DNA of 64,000 nt from Nitrospirales bacterium (GTDB lineage Bacteria > Nitrospirota > Nitrospiria > Nitrospirales > UBA8639): NCBI GenBank assembly GCA_965203295.1, contig CBDBCZ010000012.1, positions 64,001 through 128,000 of the forward strand. Reading direction: 5' to 3'. Below the pieces are notes generated by a model. The model was not told the DNA's origin. It saw only the letters and a program-made list of their open reading frames with translations, and ran no database searches. The position numbers and the translations under genes are program-made. Positions 1 through 13,323 of the stretch are shown here, in pieces. How positions within the stretch are numbered: position 1 is the stretch's first letter; each line of letters begins with the position of its first letter.

Positions 1-241
1 TAGGCCACTACAGCTCTCTAAGGCTTCCTCACTATATTTATGAGGGACTGACGAAGGCTTTTTTTGTAGTTTCTCTCTGATACAGGAGATACAGCCTCTT
101 AAACCTAAGAAGGTGTGGTCCAGAGCGCTCAGAGCCATACCTATTCACTTGCCATTCTGTTGGTGTAAATAATTGCTTCAAAAGCCTTCGTCAGTCCCTC
201 ATAAATATAGTGAGGAAGCCTTAGAGAGCTGTAGTGGCCTA
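1..241. repeat. Perfect 62-bp inverted repeat (1-62 / 180-241), may extend beyond the window
   Basis: TAGGCCACTACAGCTCTCTAAGGC...GACGAAGGCTTTT is the exact reverse complement of 180-241. Confidence 0.9.
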
Positions 242-1455
242 GTAACAGCAGCGGCTTCAGCGATTTTTGGCGAGAAAAATTATTGCGAGCAGCTGAACCC
301 TCCATTAGCGCTATCTAAACAAGGGAGGGGCCCACAGACAAGCTTTCTGTACTGAGTACACAACTAGTAGCCATGAATAAATGCTGAAAAGATCGTGGCT
401 GTAGGGCCTATAGTTGCAAAGATATTCATTGTTCACTCACTACTTATTAAATCAAAGCGGGCCAGTATCCCGTAACCTTAATTGCTCACCTCGAGACACA
501 GCCTCAGGGCATTTGATGAGAGGCGGAGAGCTTCTCTGGACTCCAGTAGTCTCCAGTCTCTGTGCTCTCCCGGCTGGCTCGGCGTTATGCCTCTCTGGAG
601 CACGGGCACTCTCCTGCGTCTGACGCCGTCTTCCGGCCCTGCCGCAGTTCGGCAAATTGTGCTGTCAACAGCTCGATATTTCTCTCCCATTTGTCGCGGG
701 CCGGGTTCTTCGCAAAACTCAACTTCAGTATAATAATTATAGAACTCAACTCCAGTATCCAGTGTAGCACGTATACACATCACATCACTCACATGCACAA
801 AATGCAACGGACTATTTATACAGTTTTCCAAACAATGGTGTCTCTGGGTACAAGTCTGACACTAATATTTTGTAACAATTACAACAATGGCTATCTTTGT
901 TCTATGACTAACATGTGATAGCTGGTAGGTCTGTTACTTTGTAAGCGTTTGTGACAAAATAGATACTGTAACATTTGTACTGCATTTACAATAACACCAA
1001 TATTATGCTCAGTCGCTGTGCTTGAATTTCGGGGACGCGTTTGTGCTCGTTGTGAACGTTTCTGACAAATTGTATACACTGCATTTTGTGACCTTTATAA
1101 TTATTGTTAGTATAATTTCGGGAATGTTTCTGGTCATTGTAAGCGTTTTCGACAACATAGACACTCGTCTACATTTTCAATATCTTTATATGCTTAATCA
1201 TTGTGTTTAAATTAGGGGAGATATTCTACCCATTGTTAGTCTTGAGTTTTAGTATTAAGACCGTGTTTCTCGACTTGAAGTAGCAGAATGAATGCTAGGG
1301 TGGTTCCAAAACTAATGCTATAGCAACACCTGTACGGCAAGTATACATTAGAACCACAAAAGAATGCGTACAGTGCATTTACATGTTAACTAAGGTGTTT
1401 CAAACTAAAGATACAAAAGGACTAAGCCGGGTGGCAAGTAAATAAATGGTGCAAA

Positions 1456-1690
1456 CTAACATTTGTCAATATCACTAATGGTGCCAACAAGTGTTTTGCT
1501 GAACTTTGTCCCATTTGTTATTCCAAGCAGGAAGCGTTCCATAAAAGAAAGTGTGTGCATACATGGTGTGGGATAGGCAATGTCGAAAACATAATACACT
1601 GCTATAAGGGCAACAATGGCCTTGTATATACAGCGAAGGCAACTCAGCCAACAGTTCTTTCTCCGCGACAAGGAAGAACTGCATGTCCAT
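1456..1690 (-). pseudogene. Frameshifted fragment resembling TE-associated/SAMD3-like C-terminal domains
   Basis: QFFLVAEKELLAEL then frame change to AIVALIAVYYVFDIAYP...FMERFLLGI; adjacent 1830-2100 has many CTTGCAAG-type repeats. Confidence 0.45.
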
Positions 1691-4600
1691 GCACTGCCAA
1701 ACTGAATCAGGTACGGTGTTGAAATGCCACCTGATATCTTGGCATCGAGATCTTCACTATCCTGGTTAAAGGAGAATTAAAAGCAACAAATTGTTATCCA
1801 GGGCAACTGGAGTCAATATATAAGGCAGCTGATGAATGTCTTGCAAGGTTCTTGCACCAGATCTTGCAGGATTTTTCTATGAGTCACGCAAATTTTAACA
1901 CAAGATTCTAACACCTTGCAAGATTTTTGTTGCATGATGAGAAGTTTTGCAAGGGCTTGCAAGAAATAAAATGCAAGATCATGCAAGAAGTGGCCAAAAT
2001 TTTTGTGAGTCCTGCAAGAAGTCTGCTAGATAACTTACAAAATTCTGCAAGAAAGCTATGTTAGAACATTGCAAGACCTTGCAAGGAAACTCTGCATTTC
2101 ACAACATGAGGATTCTACACAAGCACCTGATAGAATGGTTCTTTTTTGTCTGCCATCAAAATGAAACCCTTCTTCTGATGTAGTACCTCCACAAGAAACT
2201 GCAAAACATGTAGCTACCAAGATTCCCAGTTAAGGTCATATCCAATAGCAGACAAGGCCTACAAGTTAATGTACCTGACAAACATTGTCCTTGAACAGGG
2301 ACAGCATCTTCCCAGTTGTTTTTAAAATTCGGGCACGTTTCTGCTCCTTTTGAAAATTTCTGACTGACATATATACTGCATTTTCAATACCTTGATATAT
2401 AGATAATTTTTTGGGTGAGTTGCTGCTCTTTGTGAGCGTTTGTGTTCATACATATACAGCATTTTCAATACCATTATACAAACGCATAAACTAAGGCACC
2501 AGACTACACACTGGAATTTATCCTTAGCAGTAACTTGCACTCATACTGAACACTCCCTTCAGCACACCATAATTACCATGTTCATCAGCATCATTGTCCA
2601 CCGCAATCCCACCAGCCATATTCACAATATTATAGGATATACGTAGTTCACAACCGACACTACATGTACAGCATATCCTACACTGCTACATGCATTATAT
2701 ATCTACATAGTGCTCCCTGCCTCACAGAAAACTACTGTCACCATTAGCCAGACCCATGAGTCACACAACTGCATAGAAACAATTAAAAATTATCTATTAG
2801 CAAATACATTGACTCCTCCATACAGTAGAGAATATGACACTTCTCACTTGATATGCTACAAACCTACAAATGCACAGTCACTCTAAGAGCGCAGCTAAAT
2901 GAAGACCTGCACGGAAAACTGCATGATGTGTGTGGCATGGAGGGGATGGTGGCGTGTGTTATTGGAATGGTAATCCGTGAAAGTTCTGTGGTACCTTGTT
3001 CGGTTACTTTACGTTTTCATTTCTACCTGCTCTTTCATTTTTGAATACTTTTTTTTTTTAAATCTATGCTCATTTCTGTGTAGTATATTGCGATCCAGTG
3101 ATGTTGAACACATTTTCTGTGTCTCTATTCGATAGTTTATGAAGGAGTCGAGCTCTGTGGACACCCCTCTAAATACATTGGCCATGCTGCAGACCAAGCA
3201 AAAGGCTTCACAGGCGGCCTACATAGTCCTCAGCGGAGGGTCTCAGTCCATGCTTGCGTAAGTGGCTACAGTAGCACTAGTAAACTGGTAATGTAAGACA
3301 TACTTCTTGCATAACGATAAGTTCCACAAACTAGTAGATCTTACTGGTCGGGCACACACTTTCTACACACCCAGCTAACAAAAATGAAACATGGTAATCT
3401 GCAGCATTAAAATATTCCTATATATATACCTCATTGTCATGATATTATTTTAGCATTGATAAAATTAGTGTATTTCTTTCCTTTAGGCCAGATATAGCAA
3501 AGAAAAAGTAAGCAAGTGCAATGGCAAAATTATTAGGAAACTGAACTGGCAATTGTTGTAATGTCTTCTGTGCACATCATTACATGTATATACATGGTTG
3601 TCACTGAGTGTACAATTCTCTCTTTTATTATAATGATCACAAATATTATTATGGACTGTGGTAGTAATTATTTAGTGTGTGAGTGTGTGCTAAGTATGCT
3701 TATAACTAGATAGGAAGGTTCCTGTGACCTAGTAGGGAGGTTGAAATTAAGGCTTGTATCATGGTTGGAAAAAAAAAAATTCAGAGTATGAAAAAGTTAA
3801 TATAAAATGATCAAGCAACGATTGAGTAATCCAATTGGCCTTGGAAGTATAGTCTTACTTCCTCGGGCAATAGACTTTCTGAAGCGTTGTAGAAAATACA
3901 GATTTTATGCAAAATTTTATGTTGCGGGGCCTGTGAACGTCCTTTTAACTCTAACCCTGAGCCTAACCCTAACCCCTAACAATACAATGTTGGCAAACCT
4001 GGACAGTATAGCTAGATCGTCCCTATTTATACGTACTGCATGACGTCCTACATATGTTGCAGTTAGACAATTTAAGTGATTACGAGTCCGGGTGCTGAAC
4101 TTCAGTAGGTTGCAGTTAGAGCGTTTCGGCAACTCATTGAGGTTCAGCACCCGAGTTTGGGAGCAAAACATTGCAAACTGTGTGCTGCTTTTTAAGCATG
4201 CATGTACATGCTAAACTGGCCAGGGATTCCTCCCAAGGGACTATATATCAGGAAATGAGGCCACATGCCCCGGTTCGGTCTCCCATCAGGAAGGACTCCG
4301 GTTATTTGAGGAAGGATCAAGGGAGGAACCCGGACGGATCCTAGGCCGTATCGTCCGAGACCACGGTGGAAGTTTTCCTTCCACTCTTACCAACCTCAAC
4401 CGGGCTTCCCGAAAGAAGCGACCAGCATTCGACCAGACCTTTTTGCGCACCCCAAAGGGTACTGGGTCTGGCCACCGGCTGACAGCCAATAAATGGCTGC
4501 ACCAGAGAAGCCAACTCGGCCGTACTCTAGTGTCTTCCTAAACACATTTTGCATGTACTCACAGCGATGAACTCTGCGAGGTGACCGAAGTGCAAGGGTG

Positions 4601-6306
4601 CAGGGCCGCCTTTTATACTCCCCACTAAGGCAACTTGATTATGGGTTTCGCTTGTACTATACGCTGCGGCATTGCAGCGGCAGCAACTGATTGGTCGGCA
4701 GCTGTGTTTCTGAGGATAATAGCTAATAGATAATAGATAATAGCTGACTACGCATTGCATATTGCATATTGACAAACGTGCACGTGGGGGCGGGGCACCT
4801 GGAGTGTTTCCGGAAAATCGGTTTGATAATGTAACTCTACACATAACTGGTGGCCTTCACATGCATCCTTCAATGATGCATGAAGAAAAGTTATCTTCTT
4901 TGAAACTTCAGTAAACCCTTCAATCAAGAACATACGTAGAAGAGATTTTTTTCTACAGCTTCAGTTTTTTTGCTTCACACGTAGTGCGAACGGCTACGCT
5001 TACAGAGCGGTGTCATCACGCACGTGCGTTTTAATACGATCCTCGTGGTGAAAAACAAGGACAAGTTTATGATCTCCCGCCTTCGAGGTTGAGCTAAAGC
5101 AAGAGATGGTGAGTTCTAGCTGTAAGAAGTTGAAAAATTATAACTAGGCCTAGGCTTACGCAGAATGCAGTGCATTGTGAGCGAGCAATACTGTCACTGC
5201 AATTTTGGTCCGGAAAATTTTGCCACACCCCCCCCCCCCCCCTCCCCCCCCCGACCGAAATTTTCAGTGGAAAATCGGTTCCCCGGACCAATTTTTCGGA
5301 AAAAATGGTCCGCCTGTATGGCATGTTATCCATGCCAGTGTTACGTTCCCAGTATTGAGACCAGGACAATTTGCCGCGGCAAACTGGCTCGGCCCACTTT
5401 TGCGCTCCACTTAGGTCACCTATAAAATAGAATGGTGGGTGCGGTTAGGAGGGGCTGGGCTAGGTGCAGCTGAGCCGGCCACTTCTTCCCGGAACATTTA
5501 CCAGGCCGGGACATTTCCTGGCCATTTTGTCCAGGCTGGCGAAACATTCTCTTAGCTGGAACATTTTGCCTGATCTGGCTAGATATAAGACCGTGTATTT
5601 ACAGTGTCCGTCCTGTTTACTGGTAAACAAGGTAAACACGGTTGTTTAAATTAGATTGCTTCGTCAGTGATTGCAGGGTACTGTTAAAAAGTCAAGAAGG
5701 ATAAACACTGACATGGGTTAACTTGGGTAAACATGGGTAACGTGGGTCTACATGGGTTAACTTAACGTGGGTATACATGGGTATACCCAACGAGTAGTAG
5801 AACCTAACAGTGAGTTTATACACACTACCTTGTGGTCGTGGAACAATCTGCAAATATAGGAGCATGCACTGAATGAGTGGGGAGAGTTGGCACCATTAAA
5901 AACTCTTTAACACACCATCCCTGACTCTCAAGGTCAGGCATTCAGACTGGTTCAGATCTTTTTGTTATTGGTGTTGATTAGTTATGTTTTATAGCAGGTT
6001 TTCAATTTTCTACCTTTCCTAAGAACGTTTCTTTGTGGGGGGCAGCTTGGTTTGGGGCAGCTCTTACAATTTTTTAATTAAGTTTCATAAGTTTTTAGGC
6101 CTTTTCAACTTTTTGTAGGAGGCTCCTGCTGGTCTCAGTAAGACCTTATGGTTAAGCTGGGAAGGTGCGATTTTCTCTGAATGTTTTTTTAACAGAGGGA
6201 AGACCTATTTGGTCCCCTTTTTTACCTTTTTTAATTTTTTTTTTTAACTCTTTCATTTTCTGCGGTCACAGGTATGTTCGACAAAATATATAACTACTTT
6301 TTAATG

Positions 6307-6403
6307 AAAGTGTATGTGTTTTTAGTCCATGTATACATGGACTAAAAACACATACACTTTTGAACTCAAAATCTCATTATAATGAGATTTTGAGTTCAAA
6401 AGT
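6307..6403. repeat. Two abutting perfect spacer-less palindromes (54 bp at 6307-6360, 48 bp at 6356-6403)
   Basis: AAAGTGTATGTGTTTTTAGTCCATGTA|TACATGGACTAAAAACACATACACTTT and ACTTTTGAACTCAAAATCTCATTA|TAATGAGATTTTGAGTTCAAAAGT. Confidence 0.95.
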
Positions 6404-6624
6404 TTTTGCTGCGAAACAAATTTGTGCCAAATTTTTGTAAGCCTTGGTAGGCGTGTAGCAAATTAATCACGTTCTCAATCCATAGATACGTAGGTATCAT
6501 TTTGAATTCCCAGACTTTGTTTAGAGGCAATCTGTAATTGTGTATTACTAACCATTGTGATTGAGCATAAAGAAAATCATCCATACCTGTAATTACTTCT
6601 ACGTCTAGCTGATCATCACTGGAC

Positions 6625-6803
6625 GAGGGACCTGTCTTCTGTGTTCGAGTGTACATCACTTTCGTCTTCACTCTTGCCTTCTACAGACTGCTGTACTGGT
6701 ACCGGTAAGTTAACACAATCTCGACATTTACATTCAGGACCACAAAGCTTTGATTTCTTACGACAACCACATGCATTAGCCTTGCATCCTTTCTTACAAC
6801 TAC
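6625..6803 (-). pseudogene. CXC/Cys8 zinc-finger coding fragment, probably from a DNA-transposon protein
   Basis: Minus-strand translation CSCKKGCKANACGCRKKSKLCGPECKCRDCVN followed by an acidic tail; no upstream ORF. Confidence 0.6.
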
Positions 6804-9800
6804 ATCACTTTTATTTTCTTTATTTAGTGCCCACATTCACCCCTAGGAGTCTCATACCCAGACCTCCCAAGCCTTCCCGAAATCAATCATTCCCTTGATT
6901 TTATCTTAAACCCCAGGGTCTTCCGAATCTAAGGTATAACTACCGTCTTGGTGGAGAACCCATCCACTCTCGTCAGGAGGTGGAAGCTGAGAATACACAT
7001 CTGATTGAGGTGAGTTCTGCCATAGCCGGCTTGTCCAACAGGATCTGATCCAGTGGCGCCACAGGGCAGTAAAGGAAGGCACTCGTTATTCCTCGCATGT
7101 AATTCTGTCCGCCATAGTTTCCCTTATTTTTTGTAGCCAAATTCGATGCCTTCCTGTATGATTAAGTGTAGAATCAATGGAGTTAAACAGGTGCTGTGGT
7201 GCTTCGTGACTGTACTGAGAATTAAAAGCGTCGAAACTATCGGCCTACTGTAGACTCGGGTTATCAGGCGCACTTCATTATGTAGCGCACATACGCTATC
7301 GGGCGCATGCTTGCTTCTTGTCCCAAAGCCGCAAAAACCTCGTTAAGAGGCGCACGTTCCAATTAAACGTAATATGGGGTGGAGCAACTGCACACAAAAT
7401 CGAACGGAGCCGGCTAGCAGCTAGCTGAGAGGATAACTTTCTAGGGATCACATTGCAACTGCCCCGTCATCGAGTAGCTAGCTAGCTAAGTCAAAGGCCT
7501 ATAGAGGGAGCAAACATGTACCAATCCTGATTCGAGTTGACTGAGCACGCTCTTGTCTCAGACCGCTCTCCGCTCATTTTCATCTCCAACCGCTCTCTGT
7601 CGAGTTACATCGCGATCCCTTTAACCCCCGTTATGTAGCGCACTACGTTATGTAGCGCATATAATTTTGCTATTGTGCAAGTTCAATCATTTGACAAGAA
7701 ATTAGCGGGGGTTAAATATAGGGTTCACACAAGGTGTGAATACCCCCCTCCCCTGAACTTTAACTTCCATTATATGTTGAATAATGATTTTTAAAAACCT
7801 ACCCCCATTCTAAATTATTCTTTTGCCAGCGATGCCAATTACATGATTGTGGCTGAACAACTTACTTTAGGATATTAATAGTATGGTATATGCAAGCGAA
7901 ATGCTTAAGAATCCAATATAATATCAACAGACTGTTATGCAACAAAGAATGCTAGGGCTTAATGTCATATGAGGACATTTGTGAGAGGTTATGCAGTTTG
8001 GCAAAATATGTAGCTGATAGTTTGCCACTGGCAGTTGGTCCCAGCTCCCATATCTTGGCATCCTTTTTCAAGTGCGTATATATATACTATCCCCTACGTT
8101 ACCCATGCATGTAGTACCAACACTGAGTTCTGTTATTGTCATTTGTATTCCACAGTATACACACTTTCCTAAGTCAAAGGCAAGGATATTGCAATACTGT
8201 TAAAGCTGTGTTATAGATCTTGTGAGCTCAGTTTTGTTCATTGCTTGGCAGATATACTGGATGAGGGAGAGGATGTTCTGGTGAACGTCACTATGGTTGA
8301 CCAGGAGAAGGCAGATAAGAATGTGGAGAATCGTAAAGGAAAGCCTGGGTACGACCCATACGAGGAGGAAGAAGATGAATTTGGAGATGTGAGTAAATAT
8401 AATATCGAGTACAGCAGTTTTTATCTACTTTGAAACTGCAGACCAGAACAGTAAAACAGTGTTCTGTAAGGTAAAGCCTAGAGGTGACCACGACTTCAAA
8501 GCCTAATCAATTATTCGCACATCCACTACTGGATTTGGTGATTTGACGTTACTAGTTGCTAGCAAGGCTTTACGAACCTTCTTACTGACTCACAGCAGGA
8601 AGTGTGGCTATATGTATAATCATGCTGAAAAGCCTGAGAGCATGTTTCTAAAATTTAACTAGAAGCCCTTGATATATAGACGCCTCCATATTACGGACAT
8701 GCAGGGTTAATCCAGATTGTTAACTTCCGTTATGATTACCAATAGGGGACAAAACCATGCCCCCTCCAATTTATTTTTCTCCTAACATTGTTATCTACCT
8801 CCCATGGGTAAGTGCATACTCAGTGACTGCAGACTACCTTGCCTCTTGTGATTTGTTTGCCAGATATTCACTTAAAGTTAAAAAATTCATTTAGGTTGAG
8901 AGGGAGGCCAGATAGGGTCCTAGGTATAAGCAAACACACTTTGCCTTTCAGAGAAAATTTAGAGAAAGATTATTGAGCTCTTAAGTAGCATGCACAATGG
9001 AACTCAAATAGAGGTCCAAAAGTTTTGATTTGAGGATCTTCATCAGTGAAATTACAAAACTGCGCAGGAACTCAAGCTTAAGTACTGGGAATGAAAGATT
9101 TGCCTTGCATACTAGAACTAAACAATATAATTCCCAAATGTGAGTCAGTTTTGGAAAGCCCCTATTAGTCAACTTATCAGGTTATCATTTACACCTTGGC
9201 AGTGGCATTAAAATTGGCAAAAAATTCCAAATCTACATTGTATGAAGCTTGATCCCCTTGTTATTCTTTTAATACCAACTACTTAATGCCTACATTTCAA
9301 ACATGGGTGTGTTTTACAGTACATGTTTAACTTAGAGCTAGTGCAATAAGTGTTATGTTCTGTAAGGTAAAGCGGGACAGAATTTAATCCCGGGGGTAAT
9401 TCCGACACTGGAGTGTAGATCCAGTTTCACAGAAGTTGTGAAGCTAAAAACTGCTATGCTTATAGCTGTCCTATTGACTATACTGAGGCATCAAATTATT
9501 GCCTAACTCCACAGTACGCTGTAGATGTAAGTGCAACTGTTGGAATTACCCTGCCGTCGGAAGAGCCCCTCCTTACCTTGTGTCATAAGGTAGTCATAAC
9601 CTACATGTACATGAAACACACCTACTAAAGAAAGTTACATGTAGCTAAGATAATTATATGTACACAACAAGCCAACCTATCTTGTAAGTGAGTGCATACA
9701 GCACGCATCTCTCTATAAAAATGCATTTACATACATGCATACATACATACAGGTAAAGCCACCACCAATACTGAAGAAGTACAATGAGGAGATTGAAGGA

Positions 9801-10944
9801 GAGAAGAAGGAGTCTTTTTCTTTGGGTATGTACATGTACGTACAAATGCTACTTATATATTACTGGTATACTGTATAGCTGGAAAATTTGGCAATTTGGC
9901 AATCGTCGATGGAGCCACCAAGTTTAAATTACTTCTCACCAAATTGACTTCCTCCAATATGTTGTTATGTCACCTTTGAATGCATTGAACTAGCTAATTA
10001 GGTATTTTTGAGAGGGAAACTGTACAGACAGGCACTTCCAGCCCTCCTTTAGGCACATCCACTGAAAGATACCTGCTCTGGAAACAGTGCAGTGAAACTT
10101 GGAATAACACTCAAGCTATCGATGAATTTCTTGGAACATGGCCGACAACAGCATTCCTTTGTGTAAACTGCTACTGCCTAGGAATCCTCGACGTTACCAC
10201 TCTAGCTAGCTAGTTGTCTTCTACTGCAGTAGTTCCCCCAGCGAGAGAGTCCACGTAGTCTTGTCTATGGCAGTCTATGCTCAAGCACTCGATAGCTTCT
10301 GAACTAATGCACGGTTGACGCAATAAAGTTTGCTTCGCAATCGCAAATCACCAAAATTGAATTTTGCCATTATTTATTTACAGCCAGTATTGGAAATATT
10401 TCATCAAATATCACTCCTGTCAATTTTTCTGGCTATACATAAATTATGCATGTACTTACATGTATATAAGTGTATGAGTTGGGCGCATTTTGGGAATTTG
10501 TACAATTGTACTGCACATTTTATGATTTCATGGTGAGTTAGGGTCAGGGTTAGACTTAGGGTTAGGGTTGGGGCTAGGGTTAGACCTACCGAGAGGGTTA
10601 GTTTGTAGTTTTTTGAATGTGCAATGCAATTTATGGAATGCACAACGCAATTTATACAGATAGTTCCGATTCATAGAAAGAGCCTAACATGTGTATGTAT
10701 TCCAGCACTGTAGCCATGTCTACACGTATGACTCTTTCACTATACTGTGTAGGAGAAGCTGGGGAATTCGACACTGCAGAGCAGCGAGAAAGAGAGATTG
10801 TCAGACAGAAGCTTAGAGCTAGAGGAGTGAGTCGATTTTATTATAGTGGTTGAGGGGGAAGGGAAACATAATATCAGGCAACTTGAGTTTTAAATAGTTA
10901 CATGCTGAAAAAGGGGTATTGGTAAGGTACATGTACATGTAGAG

Positions 10945-11025
10945 TAGCCTCGAACTCAGGCCTTCTACGCAGATTTTTTTGCAGCCTTGGCAAAAATCTG
11001 CGTGGAAGGCCTGGGTTCGAGGCTA
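10945..11025. mobile_element. 81-bp TAG...CTA MITE with 9-bp TSD (AcademH-like)
   Basis: TIRs TAGCCTCGAACTCAGGCCTTCTACGCAGATTTTT / AAAAATCTGCGTGGAAGGCCTGGGTTCGAGGCTA; TSD CATGTAGAG at 10936-10944 and 11026-11034. Confidence 0.8.
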
Positions 11026-12955
11026 CATGTAGAGTGAGCTGGCTCCCATTTGCATGTTACAGGCATCGTCTTCTCACAGTGTTTGAATACCTATAGGGAA
11101 GTTGTAGCAGTATATCGAGGTACATGTAATAGTTAGATCATGCCTGAGAGATTTGTTAGCATTACACAAGGTTTATTGAATATCACAGAGTATACTTCCG
11201 ATAAACCCCTCAGAGGTGTGGTCTAACTAGTTTGTACCATCGTGTTTAGTTTAGTCTAGCTGGCTTCAGTGGTGGTCAGCTCAGCTATTTTGACACTCGG
11301 TTTGGCCAAGTGGGGCATCGTACAGTTTTCTTTTTGCTGTCGATAATATTCATCATGCTAACTATAATGCAGCAAATAAAAACAGAATAAGCAAGGAAAG
11401 CCGTTTCTTGCTACTGCTACTGTAAGTACATGTACGTATGTGCACCTCAGAGAATTGCATATTGCACTCACTGCATGTGTCTTCAGCTTACTTAGTATCC
11501 TGTCGTCATGCACCTACATGTAAGATGACCACACGTACATGTACCTTGGTGCAACTGTGTATTATCTACATACATGTAGCTTTACTTGAATAAATTGAAG
11601 GTCCCATAGCAGCCAGTTAAATTTAATTAGAACATTGCTACACATGTCTTCCGTATGTATTTAAAATTATGTGTATTTGTCACAGATCACTGTAGACTCA
11701 GCACCATCTCAGCTAGCCTCAGAGTACTACACATCGGAGGAAATCGTATCCTTCAGGAAACCCAGGAAGAAGAGAAGGTGCTAAAAGCTGATGATTTACT
11801 GCCGCTTCCTGATGCAAGGGACCGTGGGTCAAGGTGTGTACTCTTGTTTGTGACCTCATTGTGCATCTAATGTGCGAAAGAACTGTTTAAGGCACCAGCC
11901 ATATTAATGTCAGAGATAATTAACGGGAAACTTTGTAGCTGAAATGAGCGTTCATCATGTCTACCCCTGCTCTGAGATCTAGAAATGCACAGTGGAGAGG
12001 CTATTCTGCTGGTGCTTAATTAGGTTTCACTCTTGTTTGTTCTTTCTGGTTGAAGTATCAGTTTGACATTTTAACGTAGATTTAAGCCAAAGTGTTGTAG
12101 AATGGTACTATTTAGATATGTAATAATGCTTTCTTGCATGTAACATGTATCTTTTCAGGGACCATGGTAGTAGGAAGCACGAAGATGGGGAAGAGAGTGC
12201 AGAAATGGAGGTGGATGTATCGTCACATGGTAAGGGACAACAAAAGTACTGTGTACTGACCGTATTTCCACGATCAGACACCATGCCTGATTAGTTACTG
12301 CCCTCAAGTTGTAGCTGCACTTGAAGCTACATGTAGAAGTGCTGAAGGAAAGTAGCTGCGGGTAAAATTTAAGTCTTGCAAAAACAAGCAACACAATAGT
12401 GTGGCTTTTTCAAGAGTGGAGTTTAATTAATGTAGGAAGTGGCTACCCAAGTTCACCTATGTGCCTGCGGATGTATCAAGGCTGCTCATGGCTCTATATC
12501 TTTCCTATAAAACTGGTATCATTGTGCTTTGTGATATAGCTTTTCAGGCACAACCAAGTGTGCTGTTTGTATGTCGCTGTATAGCCAGCATACTGCTCAG
12601 TGTAGTAAACACTGTCCTTAGTCATCACCCAAGAATAGTAGCCGCAACGTCTGATCGCAGATAATTATTTTTGGTAGGCTTGCATGTATGTACATAGCTC
12701 AAACTGAAGATTGTTTAGTAGTGTGTATAGTCTGCAGAGGAGTGCTGTTCGTGGATCTCTGGAACAATCTGTATTGTTTTATTTTAGTGTTCCAGTTTTG
12801 AATGCCAGAAGAAGGTCCAGATTGATGGATTTTAGTTGAATTGAATATTGTTCCAGAGAATGACGAATAACTCTCCTGCCTATTTAGGAATAAATCCCAC
12901 CATAACCATGGCTCTACACTGTACAACTGTGTATGTGCATAGCTACGTACATATA

Positions 12956-13323
12956 TAGCCTAAATTTCAGGTCTGCGACTTTTTTTGGTTACACGAAAGT
13001 TGTCACAGGGCCTGGGGTCTAAAGTTACGCGCACGAGGCCAAGAGTGGAGAGGTAGTAGAACGGTAATTATGAGAGTGGACAAATACAGTTGTAATTCTC
13101 AGACAACAAAGGGGAAGGTAGCGAATCTACACTTCTTGCAGCTTTAATTATTTTCTTCACAGCCCGTTTTTATCATAGACTTACCGCTGAAACAAGTCTC
13201 TGATACAATGGCAGCCGTCTTTCAAAGCAGATAATAACATAAGTTGATCACGTAACTTTTAAGATGCCAGACCCTGTGACTTTCTTATGTATCTGAAAAA
13301 GTCGCAGTCCTGGGAACGAGGCT
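12956..13323. mobile_element. Degenerate TIR element of the TAGCCT...AGGCT family
   Basis: ~70-bp imperfect TIRs (TGCGACTTTTT...GTCACAGGG...AAAGTTACG versus CGTAACTTT...CCCTGTGAC...AAAAAGTCGCA). Confidence 0.6.

Noticed and set aside
173..5650. Numerous 60-120 aa ORFs
   Set aside because: No recognisable domains apart from the 1456-1690 fragment; many overlap repeats or poly-C tracts.
10537..10600. Telomere or chromosome-fusion site from TTAGGG-like tracts (also ~3945-3980 and ~15457)
   Set aside because: Short, degenerate and embedded in small repeat-like elements; no long or head-to-head array.
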